DNA of 64,000 nucleotides from a virus: positions 1 through 64,000 of IMG/VR virus record IMGVR_UViG_3300047509_000037; one strand, 5' to 3'. Each line of letters opens with the position of its first letter. Position 1 is the stretch's first letter. Shown here one piece after another: positions 55,700 to 64,000 of the stretch. The notes under the pieces are model-generated. The model was not told where the DNA came from. It saw only the letters and a list, made by a program, of their open reading frames with translations, and ran no database searches. The position numbers and the translations under genes were made by a program.

Positions 55700-56886
55700 G
55701 CCACGCAGACCATATGATGGGGTTAAGCCCATCGCAACCTCGTGACACCCACGCGGTACGCATCATCGTCGTAGGACCGATTCTGCCTCACCCGAACGCC
55801 GACAAGTTAGAAATAACAATGGTCGGCGGCTATCAAATCGTCACCGGGAAGGGCAACTTCAAAGAGGGCGACCTCGCGGTCTACATCCAGCCCGACAGCG
55901 TCGTTCCACAGACCGAGCCGTTCAAGTTCATCTGGGCTGACCACGTCGGCATCGACGGCAAGGTGCCAGAGAAGCGCCGCCGCATCACGGTGAAGCGTCT
56001 TCGCAAAGAGTACAGCGAAGGACTGCTCATGCCCGTGACGGATTTCCCGACCGAGTTGGTGTGTGGAATCCTACAGCAACGTGCCAGCCTCAACCTTCGG
56101 GTCGAAGGCATCGACGTTGCCGAACTCCTCGGCATCACGCACTACGTCCCTGAGTTCGACAAGGAATCGACGAAGGCGGACATCGCTGTGTCCCCGAAGC
56201 GCCGCTACCCGAAGACCCTGCGTGGATGGTTCTATTGGACCCTCCGCAAGATTGGGTTCAAGAATGCGGGCGGTCGGAGCTACGCTGAGGAAGTCAGCTT
56301 CCAACTCCCGGTCTACGACATCGACGCTCTGAAGAACCACAAGAACTGGTTCGACGAGACCGACATCGTTCAGGTGACCGAGAAGATTCACGGCAGCAAT
56401 GCGCGGTTCACTTTCATCCTCGACGATGAAAAGCAGGTTCTCGGTCCCGGCAAGTTCTACGTCGGCTCCCACGAGCAGTGGAAGATGGACGGCGCGAACG
56501 TGTGGTGGAACGTTGCCCGTGCCTTCCCTCAGATTGAGGAGTGGTGCGTGCAGAACCCCGGCAAGGTTCTCTATGGCGAGGTTGGTCCGACTCAAAAGGG
56601 CTATCGCTACGGAGCCGAGCAGGGCGAGACGTTCTTCTTCGCGTTCGATGTCTACGACCCGAAGACGAACAACTGGACGTGGGCTGGTAATGAAGGCTTT
56701 GCGCCAACCGTGCCCATCCTCTACGTCGGCTCTTATGACTTCGAGAAGGTGAAGGCTCTGGTCGACGGAAAGAGCACCGTGCCTCAGGCTCAGAACATCC
56801 GTGAGGGTGTCGTAGTTCGCCGCCTCTCCGACAGTCGCAAGCTGAAGATTGTCAGCAACAGTTATCTAGAAAGTGACGCTAAGTGA
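55696..56886 (+). CDS. RNA ligase (DRB0094/Rnl2-like family)
   Basis: N-terminal HPNADKLE OB domain; motif I TEKIHGSN; YGEV, FFAFDV, REGVVVR, KIVS. Confidence 0.85.
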   Translation: MSHADHMMGLSPSQPRDTHAVRIIVVGPILPHPNADKLEITMVGGYQIVTGKGNFKEGDLAVYIQPDSVVPQTEPFKFIWADHVGIDGKVPEKRRRITVKRLRKEYSEGLLMPVTDFPTELVCGILQQRASLNLRVEGIDVAELLGITHYVPEFDKESTKADIAVSPKRRYPKTLRGWFYWTLRKIGFKNAGGRSYAEEVSFQLPVYDIDALKNHKNWFDETDIVQVTEKIHGSNARFTFILDDEKQVLGPGKFYVGSHEQWKMDGANVWWNVARAFPQIEEWCVQNPGKVLYGEVGPTQKGYRYGAEQGETFFFAFDVYDPKTNNWTWAGNEGFAPTVPILYVGSYDFEKVKALVDGKSTVPQAQNIREGVVVRRLSDSRKLKIVSNSYLESDAK

Positions 56887-57224
56887 ACTTGAAGATATGC
56901 CCGCACACCGGACAACCGGGGCGGTCAAAATGCAATCTGTGCATCAACGATTTGCGTAAGAAGCACCGAGCCGCCGACCCCGAAACATATAGAGGGTACT
57001 CCCGAAAGTGGCATCGTAAGAAGTACGGCGTCAACACAGGGGAGCGGCGGGTGGGAACTTGCCCTTTATGTGATGCGGAAGGCGTCGAACTCCGACCCGA
57101 CCACAATCACGAAACCAATAAGTTGCGGGACTGGATTTGCGCCCGCTGTAACATGGCGTTGGGCTTCATGGAGCAGAACTCGAACCTCCGAAGACTACTC
57201 GCATACTTGGAGAAACACAAATGA
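56883..57224 (+). CDS. Endonuclease VII-family endonuclease
   Basis: KYGV...CPLC...PDHNH...RDWICARCN. Confidence 0.8.
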   Translation: MNLKICPHTGQPGRSKCNLCINDLRKKHRAADPETYRGYSRKWHRKKYGVNTGERRVGTCPLCDAEGVELRPDHNHETNKLRDWICARCNMALGFMEQNSNLRRLLAYLEKHK

Positions 57225-57634
57225 AGAAGACCATCGGTTGGTTTATCATCCTTGCCGCTCTGTTCCTGTGTCTAGCTGGGTTGATGATAGGGACCGGGCA
57301 TGCTTCGACCACGTCTAGGACCAACGCATTCGGTGCCCAGACGATTACCAGCGACCCAAACGTCACTCTGGTTGCTTCCTTACTCGGTGGAGAGGTTCAC
57401 AAGGACAGCGACGGGCGTCTAGGCTACAATCTGCGCCTGCATCCCAAGTACACGTTTGGTCTCTATGACGAGAGCATCATGTTCTGCGGCGACATCCGGG
57501 GACAGATGGACGGCAAGCAGACGACGTTTCAGGCTTACACCTATCGTCGCGCAGCCAGCCGACTCATCGACGGCATACCGTGCCACGCTCTCGTTGGCGT
57601 GGACGATGTGAAAAATGAGAAAGGGATTCAGTGA
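57221..57634 (+). CDS. Exported/membrane protein
   Basis: N-terminal signal/TM segment. Confidence 0.6.
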   Translation: MKKTIGWFIILAALFLCLAGLMIGTGHASTTSRTNAFGAQTITSDPNVTLVASLLGGEVHKDSDGRLGYNLRLHPKYTFGLYDESIMFCGDIRGQMDGKQTTFQAYTYRRAASRLIDGIPCHALVGVDDVKNEKGIQ

Positions 57635-58017
57635 ACTTCAAATTTGAAATCAAGACGGGCATCCTGTACGGACTCGACGGCAAGAAGGTTTGGGCTGGGT
57701 ACGCGGGCGGAAACTGTGGGAAAAATCCTGAGGCAATCAACAACCCGGACTTCATCAAAGTCAAGAGCGTCGGTCCACTCTGCCCCGGCATCTACACGTT
57801 CGGCACGCCCGTGGCTCAGTCGCACCTTGGACCGTTCGCCATTCCACTCATCCCTGACCCAAGCAACGAGATGTACGGTCGCGGGGACTTCTTCTGCCAC
57901 GGCGACACAACGCCATCCGGCAAGGCTTCTGAGGGTTGCGTTATTATGCCGCGATGGGTCCGCGATATGCTCTGGGCGTCACCGTGCCACACGATTGAAG
58001 TAGTCATCTCACTCTAG
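57631..58017 (+). CDS. Tlde1/DUF2778-like (L,D-transpeptidase fold) peptidoglycan enzyme
   Basis: GYAG, GPLCPGIY, GRGDFFCHGD, ASEGCVI. Confidence 0.75.
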   Translation: MNFKFEIKTGILYGLDGKKVWAGYAGGNCGKNPEAINNPDFIKVKSVGPLCPGIYTFGTPVAQSHLGPFAIPLIPDPSNEMYGRGDFFCHGDTTPSGKASEGCVIMPRWVRDMLWASPCHTIEVVISL

Positions 58018-58027
58018 GAGCGCACAC

Positions 58028-58429
58028 ATGGATTCTGTCGGCAGCAAACCGGACCTATTCGGTGTGGGAACCCGTTACGACCACTACGTCGAATTGCGAG
58101 AGGTCTTCGCGCTAGGCTCAGAGGTCATTGACGGGCTGGAGAAAACCAACCGCATCTGCGAGGCTGACAAGGTGCTGCGGACCAAGTTACAGGGAGCCGT
58201 CGAGGTTATAAATAAACGGCTCTCGTACCTGAGCAACTTCGAGCAACTGACGGTCTACAGTTCTGCGCTGGCTACGATGACTCGTGTCGTCGAACTCCAG
58301 CGCAAGGCGGGCAACTTGCCGGAGACCAAGAGTGGGAAGTTCGGAGCGACCAATGAGCAAGCAGCGGCGCAAGATGTCAATCAAGTACGTCCTGAAGAAA
58401 GTAAGGGCGGCGAAACCCTCAACGCCTAA
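58028..58429 (+). CDS. Hypothetical protein
   Basis: AGGAG RBS. Confidence 0.6.
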   Translation: MDSVGSKPDLFGVGTRYDHYVELREVFALGSEVIDGLEKTNRICEADKVLRTKLQGAVEVINKRLSYLSNFEQLTVYSSALATMTRVVELQRKAGNLPETKSGKFGATNEQAAAQDVNQVRPEESKGGETLNA

Positions 58430-58841
58430 AGAGTTCCGTGCCCTCGGTCTTACGCTGCGTGCGATTGGCTCCGGCGCATTCCGAGACGTGTTCAAGGTCA
58501 CCAACTGCGACCTAGTCGTGAAGTTCCCGATGGAAGGCAGGACGTGCGGCAAGAAGCATACGCTGTCTGAAGTGCGGCGGCTCACGCGGCTGAGGAAGTC
58601 ACGAGTGATGCGACCGCATCTGCCAGAGGTCTTCTATCTCGACAAGCAGCACGGCGTCGTCATCATGCGCTACTACCCTGAGTACGAGTCGTTCGAGACG
58701 CAGGCTGGCTCTATGGGGAACCTGATTCAGAGGCTCATCTATGCACACACCCGCGTTCGCACTAGCGACATTCACACAGGCAACGTTCACAAACGGAGAA
58801 CGAACCATGAGCAATCTGTCATTATCGACCTTGGTTATTGA
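58374..58841 (+). CDS. Minimal protein-kinase-like protein
   Basis: IGSGAFRDVF Gly loop, VVKFP, DIHTGNV catalytic loop, IIDLG at the very C-terminus. Confidence 0.75.
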   Translation: MSIKYVLKKVRAAKPSTPKEFRALGLTLRAIGSGAFRDVFKVTNCDLVVKFPMEGRTCGKKHTLSEVRRLTRLRKSRVMRPHLPEVFYLDKQHGVVIMRYYPEYESFETQAGSMGNLIQRLIYAHTRVRTSDIHTGNVHKRRTNHEQSVIIDLGY

Positions 58842-59027
58842 CCCGCACTTCTGGCAGTCGTTCCAGTACCAGTACCAGTACAACCGACCAGACACGAAGG
58901 TGGGCGAGAAGACGACCATCTACGGACGCTGGTTCTGCGCTGGCGTCAAATGCGACGAGTGCATGGTACGCTGGTCTTGCTCTCTCGAAGCCGACGGACC
59001 AACGTTCGAGCCATGCGAGATGCACCG

Positions 59028-59390
59028 ATGAGATTCGCCAACGGGCGCTACCCAATCGCACACGACCAAGAGCAGGAACCGATTGACAACCCATCGCAGC
59101 GTCTCATCCTCCAAGACGATTCGCTGAAGATGCGGAAGCGACCGGACTACGCTTACGACACCGAGAACGGATACGCCCGCGTCTGGACGTGGTGGTACAC
59201 TCCCAAAGACTGTACCGACATGATTAAGGACGTGCGGGCGAAGGGGCTTGCGAAGGGCTTGCTGAAGATGGAGATTCTCATCGCGCAAGAGGCTTACGCT
59301 GAGTCGATGGATTGGTTCACACGAAATGGATTTGAGCGCGACGAGGGACGTGGGTCAGGCGACCTACTCTCTTTCGTTCGGGCGCTGTAG
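59028..59390 (+). CDS. Hypothetical protein
   Basis: ATGA-coupled. Confidence 0.5.
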   Translation: MRFANGRYPIAHDQEQEPIDNPSQRLILQDDSLKMRKRPDYAYDTENGYARVWTWWYTPKDCTDMIKDVRAKGLAKGLLKMEILIAQEAYAESMDWFTRNGFERDEGRGSGDLLSFVRAL

Positions 59391-59391
59391 T

Positions 59392-59478
59392 GCGGTTGTG
59401 GCGGAACTGGTAGACGCACAGCGTTGAGGTCGCTGTGGGAGCAATCCCGTGAAGGTTCGAGTCCTTTCAACCGCACCA
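59392..59478 (+). tRNA. tRNA-Leu(GAG)
   Basis: Canonical class II cloverleaf; CAGCG-TTGAGGT-CGCTG; encoded CCA. Confidence 0.92.
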
Positions 59479-59482
59479 AAAG

Positions 59483-59543
59483 AAAAAGAGGCCCGCTGTC
59501 AATATAGTTCCATCATGAAACCATATTTGACAGTGGGCCTTTT
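59483..59543. terminator. Long hairpin/bidirectional terminator containing the -35 box of the next promoter
   Basis: AAAAGAGGCCCGCTGTCAA...TTGACAGTGGGCCTTTT; TTGACA(59527)-17nt-TAAGAT. Confidence 0.6.
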
Positions 59544-59578
59544 GCATGTTAAGATGTGGTAAGTTCTAGGAGGAACCC

Positions 59579-60277
59579 ATGAAAACTTTGTTTCGGATGT
59601 TCGCCGTTCTTTCGCTGCTTGTAATGTCGGCGGTTGCCCAGATTCCAACGCCGTACGTCTACGCCGGGGGAATTATTAACGGCTCTGGATATTCTACCGT
59701 TGCAAGTCTGGCGGGAGTCGGCCTCTCGTCGGAGTCAAACCATTTCTCTTGGCGTGCGGAAGCGGACTACGATAACGCCAAAAAGGTCGATGACGGAGTC
59801 AACGGAATCTCGGGACATAACACAGGACGCGACCGAGGGCTACGCACGTCGGTCTACTATCGTTTTAGCAATGGCTGGATGTTTGGCCCCGGTGCTCGAT
59901 GGTCCGAGCTATCAACAACAGGCTATCAAAAACAATCGTGGCACGGAACGATGGGCGTAGGAAAAGACTTCATCAGAGACAACTATTCTTTCCGATTGAC
60001 CGCCGACGTTCTTGTGCCAAGGATTGGTTCAGAGCATGTCAACCAACAGGGCTGTACAATCCCTAAAGGGCAGTGTACGAGTGGGCCACAAGGTGTCGAT
60101 GTTCATTACGTCCTGCCATCTCCAGCACTCCACGGACATTTCTTTTTCATGGTCGATGCTGGCGTATACGTCGTTCACACGACAGTGACCAGCACCGACC
60201 CGAAGTTGACCGCCCTGCAAATCGCCGCGAAACAAACGACCGGAAGCACATCATTCACATTACTAGTTCGATTCTAG
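59579..60277 (+). CDS. Secreted beta-barrel-like (outer membrane) protein
   Basis: AGGAGG RBS; signal peptide; alternating aromatic beta strands; C-terminal F. Confidence 0.6.
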   Translation: MKTLFRMFAVLSLLVMSAVAQIPTPYVYAGGIINGSGYSTVASLAGVGLSSESNHFSWRAEADYDNAKKVDDGVNGISGHNTGRDRGLRTSVYYRFSNGWMFGPGARWSELSTTGYQKQSWHGTMGVGKDFIRDNYSFRLTADVLVPRIGSEHVNQQGCTIPKGQCTSGPQGVDVHYVLPSPALHGHFFFMVDAGVYVVHTTVTSTDPKLTALQIAAKQTTGSTSFTLLVRF

Positions 60278-61989
60278 CTTGCTTTTTGGAGAACAAATAC
60301 AATAGTGACATGGACAGTGACGGTGTTGAGACTCAAGGTAAGAGTCCACGCCGTCGCTGCCGTTGTAGCCGGAAGGGGCGGGTCGAAACTCACATTGATG
60401 ACCGTTGGGTCCGCTGTCGCAGCCGCCAGAGCACCTGTGTCCATATCGAAAATATACGTGTTCGTTCCATCACTCAGACTAGCAGTGAAGGCTAAGTCAG
60501 TCGTCGCCGCCGGAGTGACTGTCAAAACCAGAGTCGAGATGTCCGCAAAGATTCCCGCCGCTTGAGCCGCAACAACAGTTGTCGCTACACTGGAATTCGT
60601 GATAGTGGTTGCTTGCCCCTTTGTCTGGCCGCGACGATACGGCTTCACGAACACACTGCCTTGATAATCAGACTGGATAGCTACTGATTGGCCCGCTGCG
60701 AGAGACGGTGCAGTAGTCTGGTTAACACTCAGAGTCGCAACAGCATTCGCTGGGGCCGTGGCTGCGGTAATGACCGCGTCCAGAGCCGCTGCGGTCGAAC
60801 CGCTGATACCAACTTTCTGTACACCTGAAGCCGCCGTTGAAACAGCCGCGTTACCGATGTTCTTTGTATTGTGGTCGAGAACCCCCGCTGTGGTTTCGAG
60901 ACTCGTTCCTGCACGACCTTCGATACCGACAAGCTGGACGCCCGCCGCCGCAGTGCTGCAAGCAATGCCCACAACAGAGGACAAATCCCCCTTCAGGGCA
61001 GTAGTTGCCGCGATAACAGCAGCTTGTGTGGTGCCGTCCCAAATCTTGACCTGTGAGTCGTTAGATACCGTGACACGAGGAGCACCCGTGCCGGAGACAC
61101 CAGTCCCCGTCAGAATTGCATTTCCCGCAATCTGGTCGAGACTCTCCCGAATAAACCCATTCGGGGTACTCAGCAACGGCTTGAATCCCGTCACCGCCCC
61201 GCCCGCGTTCGTGGTATATGACCCACCCAGAGAAATCGCGAGTGGTACAGTTTCCACAACCGACAGAGTAATAGTACCTTGAGTAGTGACTGTACTCAGC
61301 CGTGCTCGAAGTTGACCAAAGCCGACATTACGAATTTCATATGTAGCCGTGGCTGCAGTCCCTACCGGGTTAGATGAACTGAAGAACGAACTCGACGGGA
61401 CCAGAATATCTTGAACATTGGTCGCGGTCCATGTCGCTCCACCATCAGTCGTGTACTCGAAGGTGATAGCCCCGTTAGCCGAGCCTGTCTGGGTGACTTG
61501 TACTGTGACAAATGCGGGACTGTCACCCGAAACTGTGAGATTGGCAGTCGTGTTGAGCGGCGTACTGGAGTTCCACGTAGCCACACTAGTATTCACTAGG
61601 CCCGCAGGCTGTGAGGCAACGGGAGTCATGCCGGACTCACCCTGAATTGAAATCACATCAACTGATGGAGTCCCAGCTACGCCCACTGCTGGTTGCTTCG
61701 CACTGGTTGCTGCTCCAGTCGGAGTCACAGATGCCGCGACATTGACATTAAGATTTCCAGAAGGGTCAAGAGAGACAGGCTGGAGAACTCCACTCTCGCT
61801 ACCGCCAACGAGTGTAGCCGAGGAAGGTGCCCCCGCACCTATTGGAGCGACAGAAGCGTTAGAGCCTCCACCAGAGGTCACGTTGACCTTCAGGGCACCA
61901 GTACTATCAACATCTGCGAGATTTCCCGAGAAACCTTCAATGATAGATTTCGGACCTTGCACAACAGGATTTTGAACGGGCTGAGTCAT
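60274..61989 (-). CDS. Structural tail/fibre-like protein
   Basis: T/A/G/S/V-rich; VDSTGALKV and LDPSGNLNV repeats. Confidence 0.65.
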   Translation of the reverse strand: MTQPVQNPVVQGPKSIIEGFSGNLADVDSTGALKVNVTSGGGSNASVAPIGAGAPSSATLVGGSESGVLQPVSLDPSGNLNVNVAASVTPTGAATSAKQPAVGVAGTPSVDVISIQGESGMTPVASQPAGLVNTSVATWNSSTPLNTTANLTVSGDSPAFVTVQVTQTGSANGAITFEYTTDGGATWTATNVQDILVPSSSFFSSSNPVGTAATATYEIRNVGFGQLRARLSTVTTQGTITLSVVETVPLAISLGGSYTTNAGGAVTGFKPLLSTPNGFIRESLDQIAGNAILTGTGVSGTGAPRVTVSNDSQVKIWDGTTQAAVIAATTALKGDLSSVVGIACSTAAAGVQLVGIEGRAGTSLETTAGVLDHNTKNIGNAAVSTAASGVQKVGISGSTAAALDAVITAATAPANAVATLSVNQTTAPSLAAGQSVAIQSDYQGSVFVKPYRRGQTKGQATTITNSSVATTVVAAQAAGIFADISTLVLTVTPAATTDLAFTASLSDGTNTYIFDMDTGALAAATADPTVINVSFDPPLPATTAATAWTLTLSLNTVTVHVTIVFVLQKAS

Positions 61990-62000
61990 GATTTTTTTTT

Positions 62001-62225
62001 CTACACTTCATTCCCGAAGTGTGTAGGGTCCGGTTGCCAAGTGACCGGATTTGAGTCTAGGCTGGGGTTTGTCGCAGGAATCGGATTGCCGAAATGCGAC
62101 GGATTAGGAGTGGGCCAAGTCACAGGATTACTATCATCCTTCGGACTCGCGGGAGGAACCGGATTTCCTTTTCGATAACTCTTTCCGGTCGTGTTGAGGT
62201 CAGTACGTACAACACCTTCAGGCAT
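62001..62225 (-). CDS. Small Pro-rich repeat protein
   Basis: DSNPVTW..(P)...HFGN twice. Confidence 0.5.
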   Translation of the reverse strand: MPEGVVRTDLNTTGKSYRKGNPVPPASPKDDSNPVTWPTPNPSHFGNPIPATNPSLDSNPVTWQPDPTHFGNEV

Positions 62226-62244
62226 GACGACCTTTCAGAATCTT

Positions 62245-62319
62245 TGGTGGACAGTACAGGGGTTGAACCTGCAACCTCCTGCGTGCAAGGCAGGCGCTCT
62301 CCCATTGAGCTAACCGCCC
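62245..62319 (-). tRNA. tRNA-Ala(TGC)
   Basis: Cloverleaf with G3:U70; CCTGC-CTTGCAC-GCAGG; encoded CCA. Confidence 0.9.
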
Positions 62320-62675
62320 ACAGGACATGTACTGGCACGATTCCCGAGGCACAAGGCCGCAGGGTTGACAGCCGACTCCGTAGAGTCTCCCGCATGTCCA
62401 CGGGTTCTCACAGCAATCGATAGGCTATTTCGCATTACTCCATCGATGTGTAGTTGTTGTTCATCGGTGCCCGCCACAGAACGCGAATGGCTGCGTAGCC
62501 ATTGGCGACATCGTCGGCGGTCATCGTGTAAATCACTTTAGTGCAATTGGGCGAAGACATGGTGCCCTCTCCACTCCAACACAGGACCGGAGTAGGCGAA
62601 CACGTTATGACTGTGTAGTAGCCCGAAGTGCGACTAGGTTAGAACGTTCGGAGCCGTTCTCTGCTCCCGAAGTTT

Positions 62676-62753
62676 TGGTAGCGGGAGTTGGATTTGAACC
62701 AACGTACTCTGGATTATGAGACCAGCGAGGGAACCGGACTCCTCTATCCCGCC
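62676..62753 (-). tRNA. tRNA with CAT anticodon (elongator Met, or Ile2)
   Basis: GGCGGGA/TCCCGCT-A-CCA; loop CT-CAT-AA; GTTGG-TTCAAAT-CCAAC. Confidence 0.85.
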
Positions 62754-62759
62754 ATCGGG

Positions 62760-63470
62760 TTAAGGCTTGATTGCTTCACGACCGAGGAACCCGACAGCAA
62801 CACCAGCCCAGAAAGTTTTCCACTTACTCCGGCGGGCGTCTTTCACGAGGGCATCCTTCTCATCTTTCCATGCCTTCGCGTTCTTGTCGTCTTCGGTCTT
62901 CATGCTGCCGATAAGTTTATCGCGGTCAGCCACTTGTGTCAAGGCTGATGCGGTATTCGCTTGCGAGTCACTCAACTGCTCTTTGGTGTCTGTCAGGTCT
63001 GCGCTACAAGCATCTGACAAAAGTTTCGTAGCGGTGAACTGCTGGAGGTCTACCGTCGGCACGTTCGCGCCGGAGTCGGTTGCGACCAACGGCGTAGGCA
63101 GCGCCGGATACGCGGCGTTCAAATCTGCGACCGCCTCAGGCGGCGTCTTCGGTGCCGTGACTTCTACCACCTTCTTCTGGGTAGCTGCGTCACGAGCGAC
63201 GATGGTCTGGACGAGCGTTGCAATCTCGGCGTCCTTCGCGGCACGCTCTTGTTGCGCGACGGCGTCGTGTTGCGCCATCGTAGCCGTCATCTGGTCAACG
63301 ATTGCTTTCTGTGCGGCGGCATCCTTCGCGGAGACCGATGCTTCGATGTCCGCCTTATGTGCGGCGTAGTCGATGTACTTGGTCGTCCCCATGAACCCGA
63401 CCGCGAGAACCGCTGCGATGATGATGAGACGTTCGTGTGCAACGAACCACTTCAGATACGTGTCCAGCAT
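62760..63470 (-). CDS. Membrane-anchored coiled-coil protein (spanin-like lysis candidate)
   Basis: AGGAG RBS; N-terminal TM, long helical region, C-terminal hydrophobic segment. Confidence 0.55.
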   Translation of the reverse strand: MLDTYLKWFVAHERLIIIAAVLAVGFMGTTKYIDYAAHKADIEASVSAKDAAAQKAIVDQMTATMAQHDAVAQQERAAKDAEIATLVQTIVARDAATQKKVVEVTAPKTPPEAVADLNAAYPALPTPLVATDSGANVPTVDLQQFTATKLLSDACSADLTDTKEQLSDSQANTASALTQVADRDKLIGSMKTEDDKNAKAWKDEKDALVKDARRSKWKTFWAGVAVGFLGREAIKP

Positions 63471-63478
63471 GTTGTCTC

Positions 63479-63682
63479 CTACTGATTGACGAGAAACGTT
63501 CCGTCGTCACTAATCTGCGTTCCCGGCAGACCGCTCAACTGGTCGAGTGCCTGTTGGAACACTTGACGCTTCACTTCAAGGTCGGCAGAAGCCGCCTGAA
63601 TGGTTGCGAACGCCGTCTTGTACGCGGCAACCTTTGAACTGATTGCCGATTGCTGCGGTGCTGTCAACGGTGTGACCTTCAT
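63479..63682 (-). CDS. Hypothetical protein
   Basis: AGGAG RBS before ATG 63682. Confidence 0.55.
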   Translation of the reverse strand: MKVTPLTAPQQSAISSKVAAYKTAFATIQAASADLEVKRQVFQQALDQLSGLPGTQISDDGTFLVNQ

Positions 63683-63726
63683 GCTTCTCCTGTGGTGCCA
63701 GTTTGTCCGAACTAGGAAACGGATTG

Positions 63727-63803
63727 GGTGGCGAGTGGAAGTCGAATCCACCAGAGGTCAGGTTCACAGCCTGCCATAACATTCCCAGAGTTATCATCGC
63801 CAC
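63727..63803 (-). tRNA. tRNA-His(GTG)-like, atypical D-arm
   Basis: GTGGCGA/TCGCCAC acceptor + C73; loop CT-GTG-AA; GTGGA-TTCGACT-TCCAC; D-stem ATAAC/GTTAT. Confidence 0.65.
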
Positions 63804-63868
63804 AATTTGCCGCACACGCTCACCGGGGTAACTTCGTTCTTGTCCCGCGTTGGTGTGCGGACTTAATC

Positions 63869-63948
63869 TGGTCCCCGTGGCAGGTGGTGTGCCCTGCGAC
63901 CCTCGCCTTCCAATGGCGATGCTGACCACATTTCTCAGCTTCACGGGG
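63869..63948 (-). tRNA. tRNA-Pro(TGG)-like with non-canonical T-loop
   Basis: CCCCGTG/CACGGGG-A-CCA; GCTGA/TCAGC D-stem; TCGCC-ATTGGAA-GGCGA; GCAGG-GCACACCA-CCTGC. Confidence 0.6.
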
Positions 63949-64000
63949 TCATAGAATTTGTGTGGGTCTTCGGCTCACGCTTCAGGTTACACCCACTGTC

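Noticed and set aside
1-64000. CRISPR array, reverse transcriptase (DGR/retron), inteins or group I introns in core genes
   Set aside because: No regularly spaced repeats and no RT motifs seen; terminase, polymerase, RecA and helicase are uninterrupted and of normal size.
1-64000. Stop-codon reassignment
   Set aside because: Conserved genes are intact in code 11 and end in TAA, TAG and TGA; no suppressor anticodon found.

Overview
This window is part of the genome of a large tailed dsDNA bacteriophage (Caudoviricetes, GC-rich). The host is possibly Acidobacteriota, but that is only an inference. The left arm (1-12.7 kb, minus strand) holds the portal 5' end, large terminase, small virion-type proteins, a tail-fibre-like protein, a dual-specificity phosphatase and a glycosyltransferase/RmlD cluster. 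A repeat-rich, origin-like switch region follows at 12.8-13.3 kb. The long plus-strand arm (13.4-60.3 kb) encodes SSB, Prim-Pol, family A DNA polymerase, a circularly permuted (two-piece) tmRNA, a gene-free terminus-like region at ~25.6-27.1 kb, early genes, an AAA+/DUF1257/DUF2997 module, DNA ligase, a minimal tyrosine recombinase, a PD-(D/E)XK nuclease, GroES, a single-domain Clp ATPase, an SF2 helicase, RecA, an RNA ligase and a kinase. The right arm (60.3-64 kb, minus strand) carries structural/lysis-type genes and tRNAs. About 17 HNH/EndoVII/GIY-YIG genes are scattered throughout. The most striking signals point to a possible phage-specific C-terminal tagging/proteostasis system. (1) Six unrelated proteins carry a C-terminal GRK[IV]R, written with different synonymous codons. 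(2) The AAA+ ATPase that carries this tag has Walker B placed before Walker A. (3) The permuted tmRNA encodes a tag ending ...AAAGR, matching natural C-termini of phage proteins. (4) The single-ring Clp ATPase keeps an LGF ClpP-docking-like loop. Also notable are three tRNA-like RNAs with expanded anticodon domains, several non-canonical tRNAs, a ~620-nt candidate structured RNA and an HNH gene nested in another frame inside an intact host ORF. All family assignments come from manual motif recognition; no database searches were run.
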